From NCBI GenBank assembly GCA_918797485.1, contig CAKKNE010000003.1, forward strand, positions 2,170,001 through 2,234,000: 64,000 bases of DNA, read 5' to 3'. The notes beneath the pieces were generated by a model that had not been told where the DNA came from, searched no databases, and saw nothing but the letters and a program-made list of their open reading frames with translations. Source of the stretch: Pelagomonas calceolata. Taxonomy: Eukaryota. Position 1 is the stretch's first letter; each line of letters opens with the position of its first letter. The position numbers and the translations under genes are program-made. Positions 1 through 10,872 of the stretch are shown one piece after another.

Positions 1-28
1 CCCAACACACTGGTTGATGTCCACACAG
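1..28. mobile_element. Introner #1 (partial, one end only)
   Basis: CACTGGTTGATGTCCACACAG end. The flanking 8 bp (29-36) read GTATTTGT on the minus strand, giving a GT donor. Confidence 0.85.
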
Positions 29-36
29 ACAAATAC

Positions 37-977
37 GCCTTGTACTTCTTCGCCACTTTCGAGATGTTCTTCAGGTCGCAGATCTCGCCCTCCATGCTAT
101 AAATGCCCTCGACCATGACGAGGATCTTGCGCCACGGCCGCCGCGTCCGAGGTCTCCCGTACGCGATGGCCTCGCGCAGCACCTCTTCGAGCGCTTTCGC
201 GTCGTTGTGCTTGAAGGACCGGATCAAGGCGCCGGAGGCCCGACACCCAGCGACGATCGACGAGTGGTTGAGCTCATCACTGACGATCAGGTCACCTCTT
301 CCCACCAGCGCCGGTACGGTCGTCGAATTCGTGCCGTAGCCCATGTTGAACACGACCGCGTCCTCCTTGCCCACGAACTTCGCGACTTTCGCTTCGAGCT
401 TCCTGTGGAGGGGTGTCGTGCCCACGCCCGTCCTCGTGCCTCCACAACTCGTCGGCCACTCTCGCGCCGCTTTGAGTACGGGTTCTCCACAAGTGTTCAT
501 CCAGTCGTCGGCAAATCCTAAATAGTTGTAGGAGCCCAGGTTCAAACACCTACGTTCCTTGCCCGTCTGGATGAGCTCCGACGTCTCCGGGTGCGGCGCG
601 CGCTCCTGCACCGTGATCCAGGCCGACGGCGACGAGCAGATGGGCCGGTTGAAGACGTCGATGATGCGATCATACAAACGACGTGTGTAGAAGTTCTCCC
701 ACGACTTGAGGAGCGGCGCGAGCTTCGTCTGTGGTTTCGACTTGAGCGTGGCGAAGCGCGTCCGTCCCGTCAAGCGCCCCCAGAAGTCCCGCAGGTGGCC
801 GACGGCGATGAGCAACGTGTAGGCGAAGTACGTCGTGAATTCCGTGAAAAAGGACATATCGACGTCCTCCGCGGGCACGATCGCGGGCCGCTCGCCGCGC
901 GCGTTGCTCGGCGTGAAGGGCGCGGGCTTGGGCCGGCGCGGGGGCGTGCCCGGCGCGGCTTTGCCGTTCGTCGCCAT
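37..977 (-). CDS. LCB2: Serine palmitoyltransferase LCB2/SPTLC2-type subunit (5' exon; gene continues off the left edge)
   Basis: Hand translation from ATG 977: ENFYTRRLY, CLNLGSYNYLGFA, FNMGYGTN, SDELNHSSIVAG, MVEGIYSMEGE. Interrupted at 36 by an introner. Not in the ORF track because it is open at the edge. Confidence 0.93.
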
Positions 978-1179
978 GGCTGCGGTCGCGTCGCCTTTTT
1001 GGCTGCGCTGAGGTCAAAACCAGTACCTCGCTGGCAAGCGGTGCTAGTTGCCGCCGGGCGGCGAGGCTGTTTGCCGCTTGCAACTGGGGCTGTGGCTTTT
1101 GCAAAACCACTGTATCGCGTGCTGCTAGGGCTTTTGGACGGGAGTATAGCCCGCCAGGCAAGCCGTCGAGCTTTAGCTT

Positions 1180-1203
1180 GCTAGTGTGTTACATGCCGCT
1201 AGC
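1180..1203. promoter_or_regulatory. GCTAG-motif copy (GCTAGTGTGTTACATGCCGCTAGC)
   Basis: Matches a 10-copy intergenic motif and lies between divergent genes. Function is inferred. Confidence 0.6.
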
Positions 1204-1277
1204 TCTCCGGTTTTGCTTTAAATTTGGCAGCCTTGGGCAGCCCAAAATGCAAGAACAGACGTGTCGTTGATGGAACC

Positions 1278-2198
1278 ATGATGCTCGATACGACGACGGA
1301 GGAGCGGCGGGCGGCGCGGCGCCGGCGGCGCGAGCGCCTCGCGTCGCAGGACCGCGACGTTAATGTGAGGGGCATCGTCGCCGCCGGCGTCGCGGCGATG
1401 GCATTACTAGGATTGAGCCACCACCTCCTGCTGCCCGATACCGCCGACGCGGGGAGCCACCACTTGCGACGACCGATGGAGCAGGAGGCGCCGTTCCCGC
1501 GGCTCACGCGGAAGCAGCGCGACGCCTTCGGCCACCACGTCTTCGTGGACCACACGCATGGGCTGGTGCTCTGCGCCATCCCCAAGGTTGGTTCTACTGA
1601 ATTAGCACGATTGATTCTACGAATGGGCAACTCGAGCCACTGGCGGCGCGACCCGCAGCGGTCGGCGCTCGCGGTGGCGGATCGTGATAAGCATCTCGTC
1701 TCGAAGCTGAGCCTGCAGAAGGCCCAAGCACTTGTGGATGATCGGCGCTACACGTGGGCCGTCTTCTTCCGGGATCCCGCGCAGCGGCTGCTGTCGGCCT
1801 ACCGCAACCGCATCCTCGGCAGAGGAGAAAACGTCACATTTGGGGAATTCGTCTCACGCATCCGTTTAGACAGAAAAGCGGACCCGCACTGGCGGCCGCA
1901 GCGGTACCTGTGCAACAACGAGATGTTGTTGGAGCGCTATGATTTTGTAGGGCAGTTTACACGAATCCAGGCCGACGCGCGGCGCCTGCTCGAGTCGCTG
2001 GGCGCCTGGGACCGCTACGGCGAGAAGGGCTGGGGCGCCCACAAGTCGCGGGCCTCGATCTTCGCGGGCGCGCAACTCCGCGCGAAGGCCGCCTCCGAGG
2101 CCTTCTCGATGCATTACACGCCCTCTCTCTTGACCCGCGTGCGGAAGATGTACGCGATGGACTACGCCCTGCTCCGCAAGGTCGACGCGATGGAGTAA
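1278..2198 (+). CDS. Carbohydrate sulfotransferase (Sulfotransfer_2 family), type II membrane protein
   Basis: CAIPKVGST (5'-PSB), FFRDPAQRLLSAY (3'-PB), DPHWRPQ, and an N-terminal TM helix. Confidence 0.88.
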   Translation: MMLDTTTEERRAARRRRRERLASQDRDVNVRGIVAAGVAAMALLGLSHHLLLPDTADAGSHHLRRPMEQEAPFPRLTRKQRDAFGHHVFVDHTHGLVLCAIPKVGSTELARLILRMGNSSHWRRDPQRSALAVADRDKHLVSKLSLQKAQALVDDRRYTWAVFFRDPAQRLLSAYRNRILGRGENVTFGEFVSRIRLDRKADPHWRPQRYLCNNEMLLERYDFVGQFTRIQADARRLLESLGAWDRYGEKGWGAHKSRASIFAGAQLRAKAASEAFSMHYTPSLLTRVRKMYAMDYALLRKVDAME

Positions 2199-2257
2199 CT
2201 GTGTATGTGTTAAGTATTAGCTACAGAATCAGAATTACTCACAGCACAGCGCCGCAC

Positions 2258-3448
2258 TCACTTTCGCTTCGAGCCCTTCTTCTTTTTCGACCCCGCCGAC
2301 TTCTTCTTGCGCGTCGGCGTCGCCGCCGCCGCGGGCAGGAACGAATCGCGCGCGGCGGCCTCGGCTTCGAGCCTGGCCTGCGCCAGCTGCTCGGCCAACT
2401 TGGCCTCCTCGCGTTTCTTTGCGAGCTCGGCCTGCCTTATCTCCTCGCGGAGCCGCTCGCGTTTGGCTTGCCGCTCCTTGCAGAAGGCGCGGTGGTCCGG
2501 CCAGGCGGCCTTCTGGCACGTGCGGGAGCAGTAGAACGCGTGCTCGCAGTCGGTGCACCGGTGCAAGCGCGTCGGACCGTCGCGGTGCCGCGCGCCGCAC
2601 ATGTCGCAGGTGCGACCCGCGGCGGACTTTTCGTTGAACTCGACTTGACCGCCGGTGCCGCCGGGCTGGACGAATTTTCCTCCCATCCCCTCAGCCATCT
2701 GCTGTCCAAAGTACGCCTTAAATGCTTCGAGCAAACCGAGCTCGCGCCACTGCGTGCTGAGCCAGGTGACGCCAGGACAATCGTCGTGGTCGTAACCAGG
2801 CAACGACGCCGTGAGCACCGCCGGGAGCAGCTCGGCAACGCTCAACTCGACCGTCTCATTGCCGCGCAGCACCTCGCACGACAAGGTCCCAGCAATCGCC
2901 GCAAAACACGGCTCGCAGACCAATCGCGGCATGATGGTCATATGCAGTTTCTTCTGTATCCGCTGCGTCCTGCCGCAAAGGATCGCCTTGCCTTCTCGAA
3001 AAAGGGGCATCCAAAGCAACATGTACGTCTTGACGTCCGATTCAACGTGCCGCGCGCCGCAGTGCGGGCACTGTTCGGACACTTCGGGCCCCGGCCACTC
3101 TTTAGTCAGTTCAAAGAGTTCAAAGTTCTTGCGGGATTTGGCAATGTCGCCAGCTTGTAGGACACACCGGCCGCCGACGGCGATAATCGGTGAAAGCATG
3201 CCGTTGGCCGGCTCCTCCGTCGGAACCGGGTGCAAACAGACGACGTGGCCTCCCGCGCAGTCCATCTCTCTCTCGCGTGTGACTTTCAACGTCTGCGGCT
3301 GCAGGGCCGCTACGGAGGCACAGTGCTCGACGCCAGGCGCGAAGCGCAGGGACATACCGAGGCTGCGCATGCCTTCAGTCTCGTCGCCGCCCCATAATAT
3401 TTCATCCGGCTTGCAAATATCTTCCCCAACCAAGCGATCAACGCTCAT
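2258..3448 (-). CDS. MYND zinc-finger protein
   Basis: CDMC...RCTDCEHAFYCSRTCQKAAWPDHRAFC followed by a coiled coil and Lys-rich tail. Confidence 0.85.
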   Translation of the reverse strand: MSVDRLVGEDICKPDEILWGGDETEGMRSLGMSLRFAPGVEHCASVAALQPQTLKVTREREMDCAGGHVVCLHPVPTEEPANGMLSPIIAVGGRCVLQAGDIAKSRKNFELFELTKEWPGPEVSEQCPHCGARHVESDVKTYMLLWMPLFREGKAILCGRTQRIQKKLHMTIMPRLVCEPCFAAIAGTLSCEVLRGNETVELSVAELLPAVLTASLPGYDHDDCPGVTWLSTQWRELGLLEAFKAYFGQQMAEGMGGKFVQPGGTGGQVEFNEKSAAGRTCDMCGARHRDGPTRLHRCTDCEHAFYCSRTCQKAAWPDHRAFCKERQAKRERLREEIRQAELAKKREEAKLAEQLAQARLEAEAAARDSFLPAAAATPTRKKKSAGSKKKKGSKRK

Positions 3449-3912
3449 CGTGCCGCCCAAGGCGTCTCACAATTGCGCTCACAATTGACCTCTCACAGAG
3501 CTCTAGAGTCTCACTGCTGGGGGTCGGTTTTCATCGATTCTATATATTCCCTCGGAGACTCCACCATTGCTCTAGCAGGCGCTCGCGACGCAAAAATATC
3601 TCTCCTTCCGCTCAGGTAAACTTGCTTGTTTCGGCACCATCACCACCTCTCTCGCAAAGCGCATACGCGCCCGCCGATTACGGGTCCCAGCTTGGCGCTG
3701 CAGCCACGGCGCCACTGCTGCGCAAGGGCTGCTAGCACGGTATCCATCGCTATAGCCAAGGGCAGCATCACAGCATCACACATCACAACCAACACCTTGA
3801 TACAGCATACCATTATCTCGCGCGCGCGCCAAAGATCGACGTCGCCATCCCGCCGACACAAGCTCGGGACCACCAACGCATTGGCCCGTAGGCCAAAAAG
3901 CGAAACGCCAGG

Positions 3913-5232
3913 ATGGCGGACGACGACGTCAACGCCACATTGGCAGACGACACGTACGACCTCGAGGTCGGCCTCGGCGCTTTCGTGAATGATTTGAGCT
4001 GGACGAAGACGCTCATCGCCCTCGGCCTCCTAATGCTGCTCCTGGGCAGCTACACCCACGAACTAGGACAAATGGAGGTCTCGGACGCGACTTTAGGACT
4101 CAAGACGAACCAGCCCATATCTAAGACGCACGACACGCAGAGCAAGGAAGCGCTGGCATTAGCGTTAGGTATGTTCGGCTGGTCGGCGGCGATCGTCTAC
4201 GTGAACGCTTATATTCTCGATGATTTATGTCCGCTGCCCGCAACAATCACGGCCGTGCAACAATTTGCCTGCTTTGTGGTAGCTTACGTCTGTACGCACG
4301 TCCTGCAGATGACGCGGCCCCTCGACATCTCATGGCGGATCTACGTCAAGTGGCTCGTCCCGCTGGCCGCGACCTTTGCGATCTACCTCTGGGCCGGGAA
4401 TTTATCTTATGTGTACCTGGCGCCGGGGTACGTCCAGATGCTCAAGCCCGTGGCCGGGCCCATCATCTACGGGTTGAGTGTTGTGAACGACCCTTCACTC
4501 TTGTCAAAGTACAAGGCCCTGAATTTTTTGATCGTGTTCGGGAGCGTCGCGCTGACGGCGTCGACGTCGGACGACGATGCGTCCACCCACGCTTTGCGGG
4601 GTGTTTTTTGTATTCTGGCCGCATCGGTCGCGAACGCCGTCTACGCCGTCGGGCTCCAGGTGATCCAAGCTCGGGATTTCGAAGAAGTTAGGTTTAACCC
4701 CCTGACGACGATGCTCTACGTCATGCCGTGTTCCGCGGTGTTTTTATTTGTCATCGCGGCGGTGACCGAGTGGACACCTATTGATTCTTTGTCGTCCTGT
4801 GTAGCGTCGTTGCCGTGGTGGCTGTTGCTGCTGGACTGCGCTTGTAGCGTCGGATTCAATCTGACGATGCTCCGATTCATCGGTACACTGTCGGCGGTGA
4901 ACTACGCGCTCTACTCTCTGCTCAAAGATATTGCTTTGCTCACGATCGCCTTCCTCTTTTTCAGCGAGGAGTTGTACGCGTCGCGAATAGAGGGCTGGGC
5001 TGTGACGATCTGCGGCTGCTGCGTCTGGCACTGTGTGGAAATCAACCAGTGAGTTAGGTTATCCGACGTGGCCATGGGGACAATGTCGCGTCGATGGCGT
5101 GGAATCACCACGCCATCGCGTAGACGCAGCTATGGAAAGCACGTCGCGTCGATGGCGTGGGGCGCCCGAAATTTGATTTCCACACAGGTCTGGCAACACA
5201 GGAAGTTGAGAGAGAGGCGTAATCTACAATAA
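3913..5232 (+). CDS. Triose-phosphate/nucleotide-sugar transporter (TPT/SLC35 family); exons 3913-5022, 5188-5232
   Basis: Multi-TM protein with GNLSYVYL..GYVQMLK, FNPLTTMLYVMP and LLKDI. Removing the introner gives ...CCVWQHRKLRERRNLQ*. Confidence 0.85.
5031..5187. mobile_element. Introner #2
   Basis: TIRs CTGTGTGGAAATCAA/TTGATTTCCACACAG and perfect TSD GTCTGGCA (5023-5030, 5188-5195). Intron 5023-5187, GT-AG. Confidence 0.95.
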
Positions 5233-6138
5233 TAAAATTAGGAGAGATAGGAGGGACGGCGCCAGCGCGCCCGCGCGGCTGTTGCCTGGAATGTAGTCCT
5301 GTTGTTGCATGTTCGCGAGCGTCGAGTAGCGGTAGACGTAGCAGGCCATCGTCTTTGATAAAGTGACCGTCGCGACGGATCGGGGCTCGGGCATGCACGT
5401 CTCCTCGATCGGCGGGCACGGGATGGCCTGGCAGAGGCGCTGGTAGTCGAGGGAGTTCGCGCACTGGATCGCGACCTGGACGCAGAACGGCCGGCACGGC
5501 GCCACGAGGATCACACCCTTCGACGAGCAGTGGTTCTCGCTCGACTGGTCGACGCCCTCCGAGCCCCACCAGAGGCACATGTACTCATTGACCAATCTTC
5601 GGCAGAGGTCGTTGTCCCGGAAGGTCTTCGACGGGCCGAAGACGTCCAAGTTGGCTACGCGCCGGTCGATGTCGTCACACGAACCAGTGACAGATTGCTC
5701 GGACGGGTAGTACTTGTCCTCGACCAGGTACCCGGCCATGCGCCAGCATGTTTGTAAATCATTTTTACATAAAGAACAGCAGATGTCCGCGGCCTCGCAG
5801 CGGTTCTCTTCTAGCCTCCTACGACGTGTCGCGTTGGTCACCATGAACCGGGGGTCGTGCTCCCTGGGATCGAACATGCCGTCGTCGACCCAGCCGGCCT
5901 CCCAGAAGTACTTCTTGCCGTCCTCGCGCGAGCCCCAGTGGGCACCATCATACTTATTTTGTGTGGTTTTGGCGGGCCAATATCGTTGTACCGTCTGGTG
6001 GAATTTCAGGCGGTAATGATCAAAACGGTGCCAGTGGTTCGAGGGGTAGCCCCCCTCGTGGACCTGGCCTCCCCTAATATGGAAGCGCTGCGGCTCCTGG
6101 GCGGCGCCGACGGCCGTGATGGCGAGGAGTCTGATCAT
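5224..6138 (-). CDS. Secreted, probably GPI-anchored Cys-rich protein (Frizzled-CRD/folate-receptor/Mid1-like fold)
   Basis: Signal peptide, CRRLVNEYMC...PCRPFCVQVAIQC pattern and hydrophobic C-terminus. Confidence 0.6.
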   Translation of the reverse strand: MIRLLAITAVGAAQEPQRFHIRGGQVHEGGYPSNHWHRFDHYRLKFHQTVQRYWPAKTTQNKYDGAHWGSREDGKKYFWEAGWVDDGMFDPREHDPRFMVTNATRRRRLEENRCEAADICCSLCKNDLQTCWRMAGYLVEDKYYPSEQSVTGSCDDIDRRVANLDVFGPSKTFRDNDLCRRLVNEYMCLWWGSEGVDQSSENHCSSKGVILVAPCRPFCVQVAIQCANSLDYQRLCQAIPCPPIEETCMPEPRSVATVTLSKTMACYVYRYSTLANMQQQDYIPGNSRAGALAPSLLSLLILLL

Positions 6139-6525
6139 TTTGCCTCAGGGGGCTGCCCTCGATTCGTGGGTGCGCACGGGCAGACAAGTTGCGGGTCAAG
6201 GCGCGCGTCGGCGGTCCCGGGGCCGCGCGACGCGTCCGTGGCGCGCGGGCGTCGCAGAGAGAGCCGGAGGCTGTGTCCAGCGGACCAGCGCCCCGATCGA
6301 CGAACCCGCACGCACCGGTCTCTGGTCGGACCGAGGACTGCCGCAGTGATGGGGACTCGTAGTGGCCTGACAGAGGGATTCTGAAGGATGAGCCTCGGAG
6401 AGGCAGCAACGCGCGCGCTGTGTTCGAGAGCAAAACGCCAGAGAGGCAGCTACGAAGCGTAGGAACGCACGTCTCCGCCGGCGACGCGAGCACGGGATGC
6501 CTATCGTCAACGGGGCAGCCTGAGC

Positions 6526-7755
6526 ATGGCCTTCCGCCTCTTCATTGAAAGCAGCCAGGGCAGGCGCCGGGGCCGCCGGCCGCGGCCGCAGCGCATCGAT
6601 GACTACGCGGCGCACTTCCACCACCACCCCTGGCAGGATGCGCAACTCGCCCTCACGCCGCGGCTGCTGAAGCGGTTGGGTGAGGGCGTCGGCGGCACGG
6701 CGGACGACGGCGACGAGAGCAGTGAAGCGGACGCGGAGCGCGCCATCGCGTCGAACGACTATGTTGGAAGTGTAAGCGAGGCCCCGCGGTGCGTTGTTTT
6801 GATCGACGCCAGGGGTTGTGTGGAAGAAGCCCTGAAAAATTGTGATGTGGGAGCGGCCCGTCGCGTCATTCTGAGAATGAGACGTATTTGTGACGACGCG
6901 AAGCTTGGGGAGACGGCCTTGGACGCGCACTGGGAGGCGGACCAGCTCCGGTGTTCCTTCGGGCGGTGTGGCATCGCGCTCGCGTTTTGTGCGCGCGTCG
7001 TCGCCACCGTCGGGCCGGGCTGTCGGGCGGCGCTGCACTTTAGTAGTGATGCCGTCGCGACGGAGTACCCGTCGGGGCGGCCCCATGGTGACTCATGGAA
7101 CGTGTTATGTGAGCTCGTCGAATGCGTCGCAGCGGACGAGCCGCGGTGTTGCGTTTCGGACGCGTTTCATGATAGACTGAAGCGGGAAGGCCTCGATGAC
7201 GACGGCGAGGCCTGGACGCGCATCGAAGGAGGTTATTTAAGGGCGCCCTGGCCCTCGTTGTCGCTGCCTCGCGATTCGTGCGACGTGGTTCTCTCAGAAC
7301 CAATTGATAGGGTCGTGGTCGTGGCGATGGTGTACTTCGACGCGTCCTTGAGAAGTACGAGTCGCCTCTACGTCGAGCGGCGCCGGGCGTTAGATGTCCT
7401 GGAAGAGGTGCTGACCTCGAAAGGAGGCAGGCGCGCGGCGGGGTCGGACACGCTGTATATTTTCGACGCGTGCGTGTCTCGAGCCTTGGACGCGGTGCTG
7501 GCCTCTCGCAAAGCGCTGGAGGGGATCAAGGTGGGCTTCGGCGTCGCGTGCGGCCCGGTCTACGAGGGGGTCGTGGCCGGCTCATGTGTGGGTGTGGCCG
7601 CGCGGCTCTGCGCCCAGCACGGCGTCCTTCTCTCTAAATCCGCCGCGGAGGCGTTGGATCCCGACCATGTTTCTCATCTGCGGACGGTGCCCGTCTTCCT
7701 CCAGGGCTCAGATTCTTCGGGCGGCCTGGAGGAGTTCTGCCAGGTCCTCCTGTGA
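6526..7755 (+). CDS. Hypothetical protein, possibly with degenerate nucleotide-cyclase-like domains
   Basis: 409-aa ATG ORF. The C-terminal GFGVACGPV...VAARLC...VLLS resembles class III cyclase motifs. Confidence 0.5.
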   Translation: MAFRLFIESSQGRRRGRRPRPQRIDDYAAHFHHHPWQDAQLALTPRLLKRLGEGVGGTADDGDESSEADAERAIASNDYVGSVSEAPRCVVLIDARGCVEEALKNCDVGAARRVILRMRRICDDAKLGETALDAHWEADQLRCSFGRCGIALAFCARVVATVGPGCRAALHFSSDAVATEYPSGRPHGDSWNVLCELVECVAADEPRCCVSDAFHDRLKREGLDDDGEAWTRIEGGYLRAPWPSLSLPRDSCDVVLSEPIDRVVVVAMVYFDASLRSTSRLYVERRRALDVLEEVLTSKGGRRAAGSDTLYIFDACVSRALDAVLASRKALEGIKVGFGVACGPVYEGVVAGSCVGVAARLCAQHGVLLSKSAAEALDPDHVSHLRTVPVFLQGSDSSGGLEEFCQVLL

Positions 7756-7884
7756 TAGTTTAAGTCTGTTTTGTTGTGTGCTCGGACTCCTCTGGGCTTT
7801 GAGAGAGCACTTAAGCGGTCACGAACGCGAGACTAACTCATGCGTCGGCGTCGAGCGCGATCCCAAAATTTGACTCTCCGGGTT

Positions 7885-8058
7885 CTCGAGGCTGAACCTC
7901 CGAAGGGGCGCCTCGACCACCTCGACGTCGCCCGCGGGGGGCGACGAGCTCGCATGACGGGGGGATGTCAGTACTTAAACCGCGTAATAAACGCGCGCAT
8001 GCTCAGTACTCGAGGCTGAACCTCCGAAGGGGCGCCTCGACCACCTCGACGTCGCCCG
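7885..8058. repeat. Exact 50-bp direct repeat (7885-7934, 8009-8058)
   Basis: CTCGAGGCTGAACCTCCGAAGGGGCGCCTCGACCACCTCGACGTCGCCCG occurs twice, 124 bp apart. Confidence 0.92.
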
Positions 8059-8509
8059 TCCTGGGCGCGGGGAGCGTGTCGTCGTGCGCCGGGTACTCCT
8101 TGGCGGGCGTCTTCCCCGTGCCCTGCGTGATCTCGGCCGCCGGCCGGCTCTTCTTCGCCTTCGCGGAGTCGTCGATGCGCTTCTTCGCCGCGTCGTAGCG
8201 CTCCTGGCCGGACGACTCCTGCGACGCCACGACGCAATCCCACTCGGGCGCCTCGAGGTGGGCCTTGACCGCGCCCGCGATCTGCTCGACGGTCGCGGCG
8301 CCGGGCTTCATGACTCCCACGAGGTCCGCGCCCCTTTTTGCTATGGCTCGCGCCGCGGTCTTGGCGTCCTCCTGGGACGGCGCCGCGCCACCCGCGTGGC
8401 CGGTCGGCGCCTGCTGATTAGCACTCCTGCTTGCCAAAAAAGCTTTGGTGGCCTTTTCCGAGGTCGCGCGCACCACTGCACTGTCGGGAGGGCTTGGCTC
8501 TTCCCTCAT
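8003..8509 (-). CDS. Hypothetical protein
   Basis: 168-aa ATG ORF with GC3-biased codons, divergent from the 8608 gene. Confidence 0.5.
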   Translation of the reverse strand: MREEPSPPDSAVVRATSEKATKAFLASRSANQQAPTGHAGGAAPSQEDAKTAARAIAKRGADLVGVMKPGAATVEQIAGAVKAHLEAPEWDCVVASQESSGQERYDAAKKRIDDSAKAKKSRPAAEITQGTGKTPAKEYPAHDDTLPAPRTGDVEVVEAPLRRFSLEY

Positions 8510-8607
8510 CTTCGAAACGACGACCGCTTTCGACGTAGCGCGCGTGTAAAGGCGCGGAAAACCCGTCTCTTAAAAAAAGTGGGAGCAGTGATTTATATAT
8601 TACGACA

Positions 8608-9753
8608 ATGGTTCAGGTGAGACTCGGCGACGGCCACGGCTACGTGCAGGCCAATCGCGAGGCCGACATCGAGAAGTTCTTCCGCGAACATCCACCTCTG
8701 GACGACCAGGGCAACGCAATCGAGTGGGACGAGGTCGAGCTGAACCACTCGGTAGTAATCGCCCTGGACTACCGCAAGCAGGCCATCGCGCTCATGGAGA
8801 AGGTGACGGACGGCTTCATGGGCGTCGGCATCAGCTCGCGCGCGTCCGCGTCGAAAACGTTGATCCGCCGCCTGCCGGCTCGCGCCGCGCGTTTCGATTT
8901 CGCGTCACGTCCACGTCCGCGCAGGTGGCACTGCTGCCGCACCAACATCTTCCACGACCTCCCCTGGCTCATCATGATCTGGTGCTTCTTCCTCGTCCTC
9001 GGCAATCTCACTTATGTGTGTCAATTATTTACGCTCGTCTTCACCGTGGCGTTCCACCCGAACCTGCGCGAGCTCCGCAAGATCATGGGCCTCGTCTGGG
9101 CCCACCGGGAGCACTCGTTGGCGCATCAGCAGCTCAAAAGCTTGATTGCTGAGGCCTGTGCCCATTTCACGACTTATCATCTTAGTGATCGCAAGGTCAA
9201 GTTGCCGTTCTATCCCTTCGCTCTGGTGCTCATTGAAGCCGGTCTGCTTCAACAGGTAGGTGCTTTATGCTGCTTTGATGGGTCGATCATCATTTTGACG
9301 AATTGGCTCTACGAGAAGATGCCCTTCTACAGGTCTGATTGTCGCCTCACTGTTGCCGTGGTCATCATCATCGTGTTCAATATAGTAATTGGTGCTACCA
9401 TCATCTTCTGCTGCGTGCCCGTCGTCATCTGGAGCTCGTGTTTCTGGGGAAGTAACTCCCAGAGCATGGCGTCGCTGTACGGCGCCCTCCTCCCTTCGTT
9501 CTGCCTGCTGACCTACAAGATGCCGCACATCATGGTCGCCGCAAACGCCGTCCTCGCCGCCTACCCCGGCCCGCCGCCCCCCGCCGACCTCAAGATCCTC
9601 ACGGATTTCGCCGCGTCGGGCGAGATCCAGAGAGTCGTCGCCGTCGGCTACGACGTCGAGCGGATCAAGGCCGCGGAGGCCAAGAACCACTCGCACCTCG
9701 CCGACTTCCGCAAGGGCCTCGCGCGCCTCTGGCGCAAGATGAAGTGGGACTAG
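8608..9753 (+). CDS. Multi-pass membrane protein of unknown function (possible intron near 8820-8924)
   Basis: ATG ORF with several hydrophobic helices. An atypical Arg-rich stretch ends in CGCAG. Confidence 0.65.
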   Translation: MVQVRLGDGHGYVQANREADIEKFFREHPPLDDQGNAIEWDEVELNHSVVIALDYRKQAIALMEKVTDGFMGVGISSRASASKTLIRRLPARAARFDFASRPRPRRWHCCRTNIFHDLPWLIMIWCFFLVLGNLTYVCQLFTLVFTVAFHPNLRELRKIMGLVWAHREHSLAHQQLKSLIAEACAHFTTYHLSDRKVKLPFYPFALVLIEAGLLQQVGALCCFDGSIIILTNWLYEKMPFYRSDCRLTVAVVIIIVFNIVIGATIIFCCVPVVIWSSCFWGSNSQSMASLYGALLPSFCLLTYKMPHIMVAANAVLAAYPGPPPPADLKILTDFAASGEIQRVVAVGYDVERIKAAEAKNHSHLADFRKGLARLWRKMKWD

Positions 9754-10848
9754 GCATATAATCTGATTACTTGAGCTCATCCTCTCTCGGGGCGCCACGG
9801 CGTGGACGCGTGGCATCGCTTCCTGCCCGGCGCGGGCGCGTCCATCGCACGCGCGCACGCGCATCAACGCCGCCTTCGATGGCGGTACGTCTCGCACAGT
9901 AGCCCTTGAACACTGGTGCGGGGCGCGTCCGGCGCCGACTCACCGCGATCGATACCGTAGATGCAGTCCTTGTTGAATCCAACGCAGTCGCGTTCAAAAT
10001 GACGGCTCCGCGGCGTTGAAATCATGCCTCGCCCGCGGCGACGTCCTCGTCCTCGCGGAGTGGCCGCGGGGAGCTGTAGCGCGAAGCCGCGGCTGGATTT
10101 TGAGGGCGCCGCCGCACAGCGCGTCGTCGCCAGCAACGCGTCCCCGCAGAGCGAGGTCTCGCATTGATAGATTGGCGTATCGAGGGAACCCGTGGTCGAC
10201 GTGGCGAGCCTGTGACGTTCCCGAACGTCTAGGAGGCTCTCGAGACGCCCTGAGCCGGCAAAAGCGTCGCGCGCCTGAGGTCGAGGACTGCGCGAGATGA
10301 TCTCGACGCTGACGACGGCCGTGGTGCATGTGCGCGATCGCGCCCGACGCTCGGCACGGCGGAGGCGTGGCCGCTTTTTGACTCACGCGCCTGTATAGAG
10401 CCGACGTCGCCTGTAGGCCCAGCGGTTCGGCGGCGAAGGTCTAGACCGTTGCAGCAGAGCGATGCAAGGCGTGCCCTGGATGTGTTCCCCGTCACCGAGA
10501 ATTACGTATCCGTAGTACGTGCTGCCCGTACCTGCCGCAGCGGCAGGTCGCGATCGCGAGGACCCGGCGTTTGATCAGCGCGCCGGCGAGCGGAAAGTGC
10601 GGCGCTACGTGGCGAACTGGTGCGGCCGAGGTATGCGATCGCTCCGCGCGTAGCGAACGCGGCCAAGCCGACTCACGCTTTGCTGCAGCCGGCAGCTGGG
10701 ACTTTCCCCCAGTGCCACGGCGCGAGAGAGTCGTCAGCGATGGCGCAGACGTGCTCACGATGTCGCGATGGCGCGGTGTTCGAGCGCTGTGCGTGTGCTG
10801 CGCTGTGCACCGCTCGCAGGAGAGCTTGCAGTCGCGTGAGCTTTGCTG

Positions 10849-10872
10849 GCTAGTGTCTTACAGGCCGCTAGC
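10849..10872. promoter_or_regulatory. GCTAG-motif copy (consensus GCTAGTGTCTTACAGGCCGCTAGC)
   Basis: Consensus copy in a region with no convincing gene. Confidence 0.6.
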
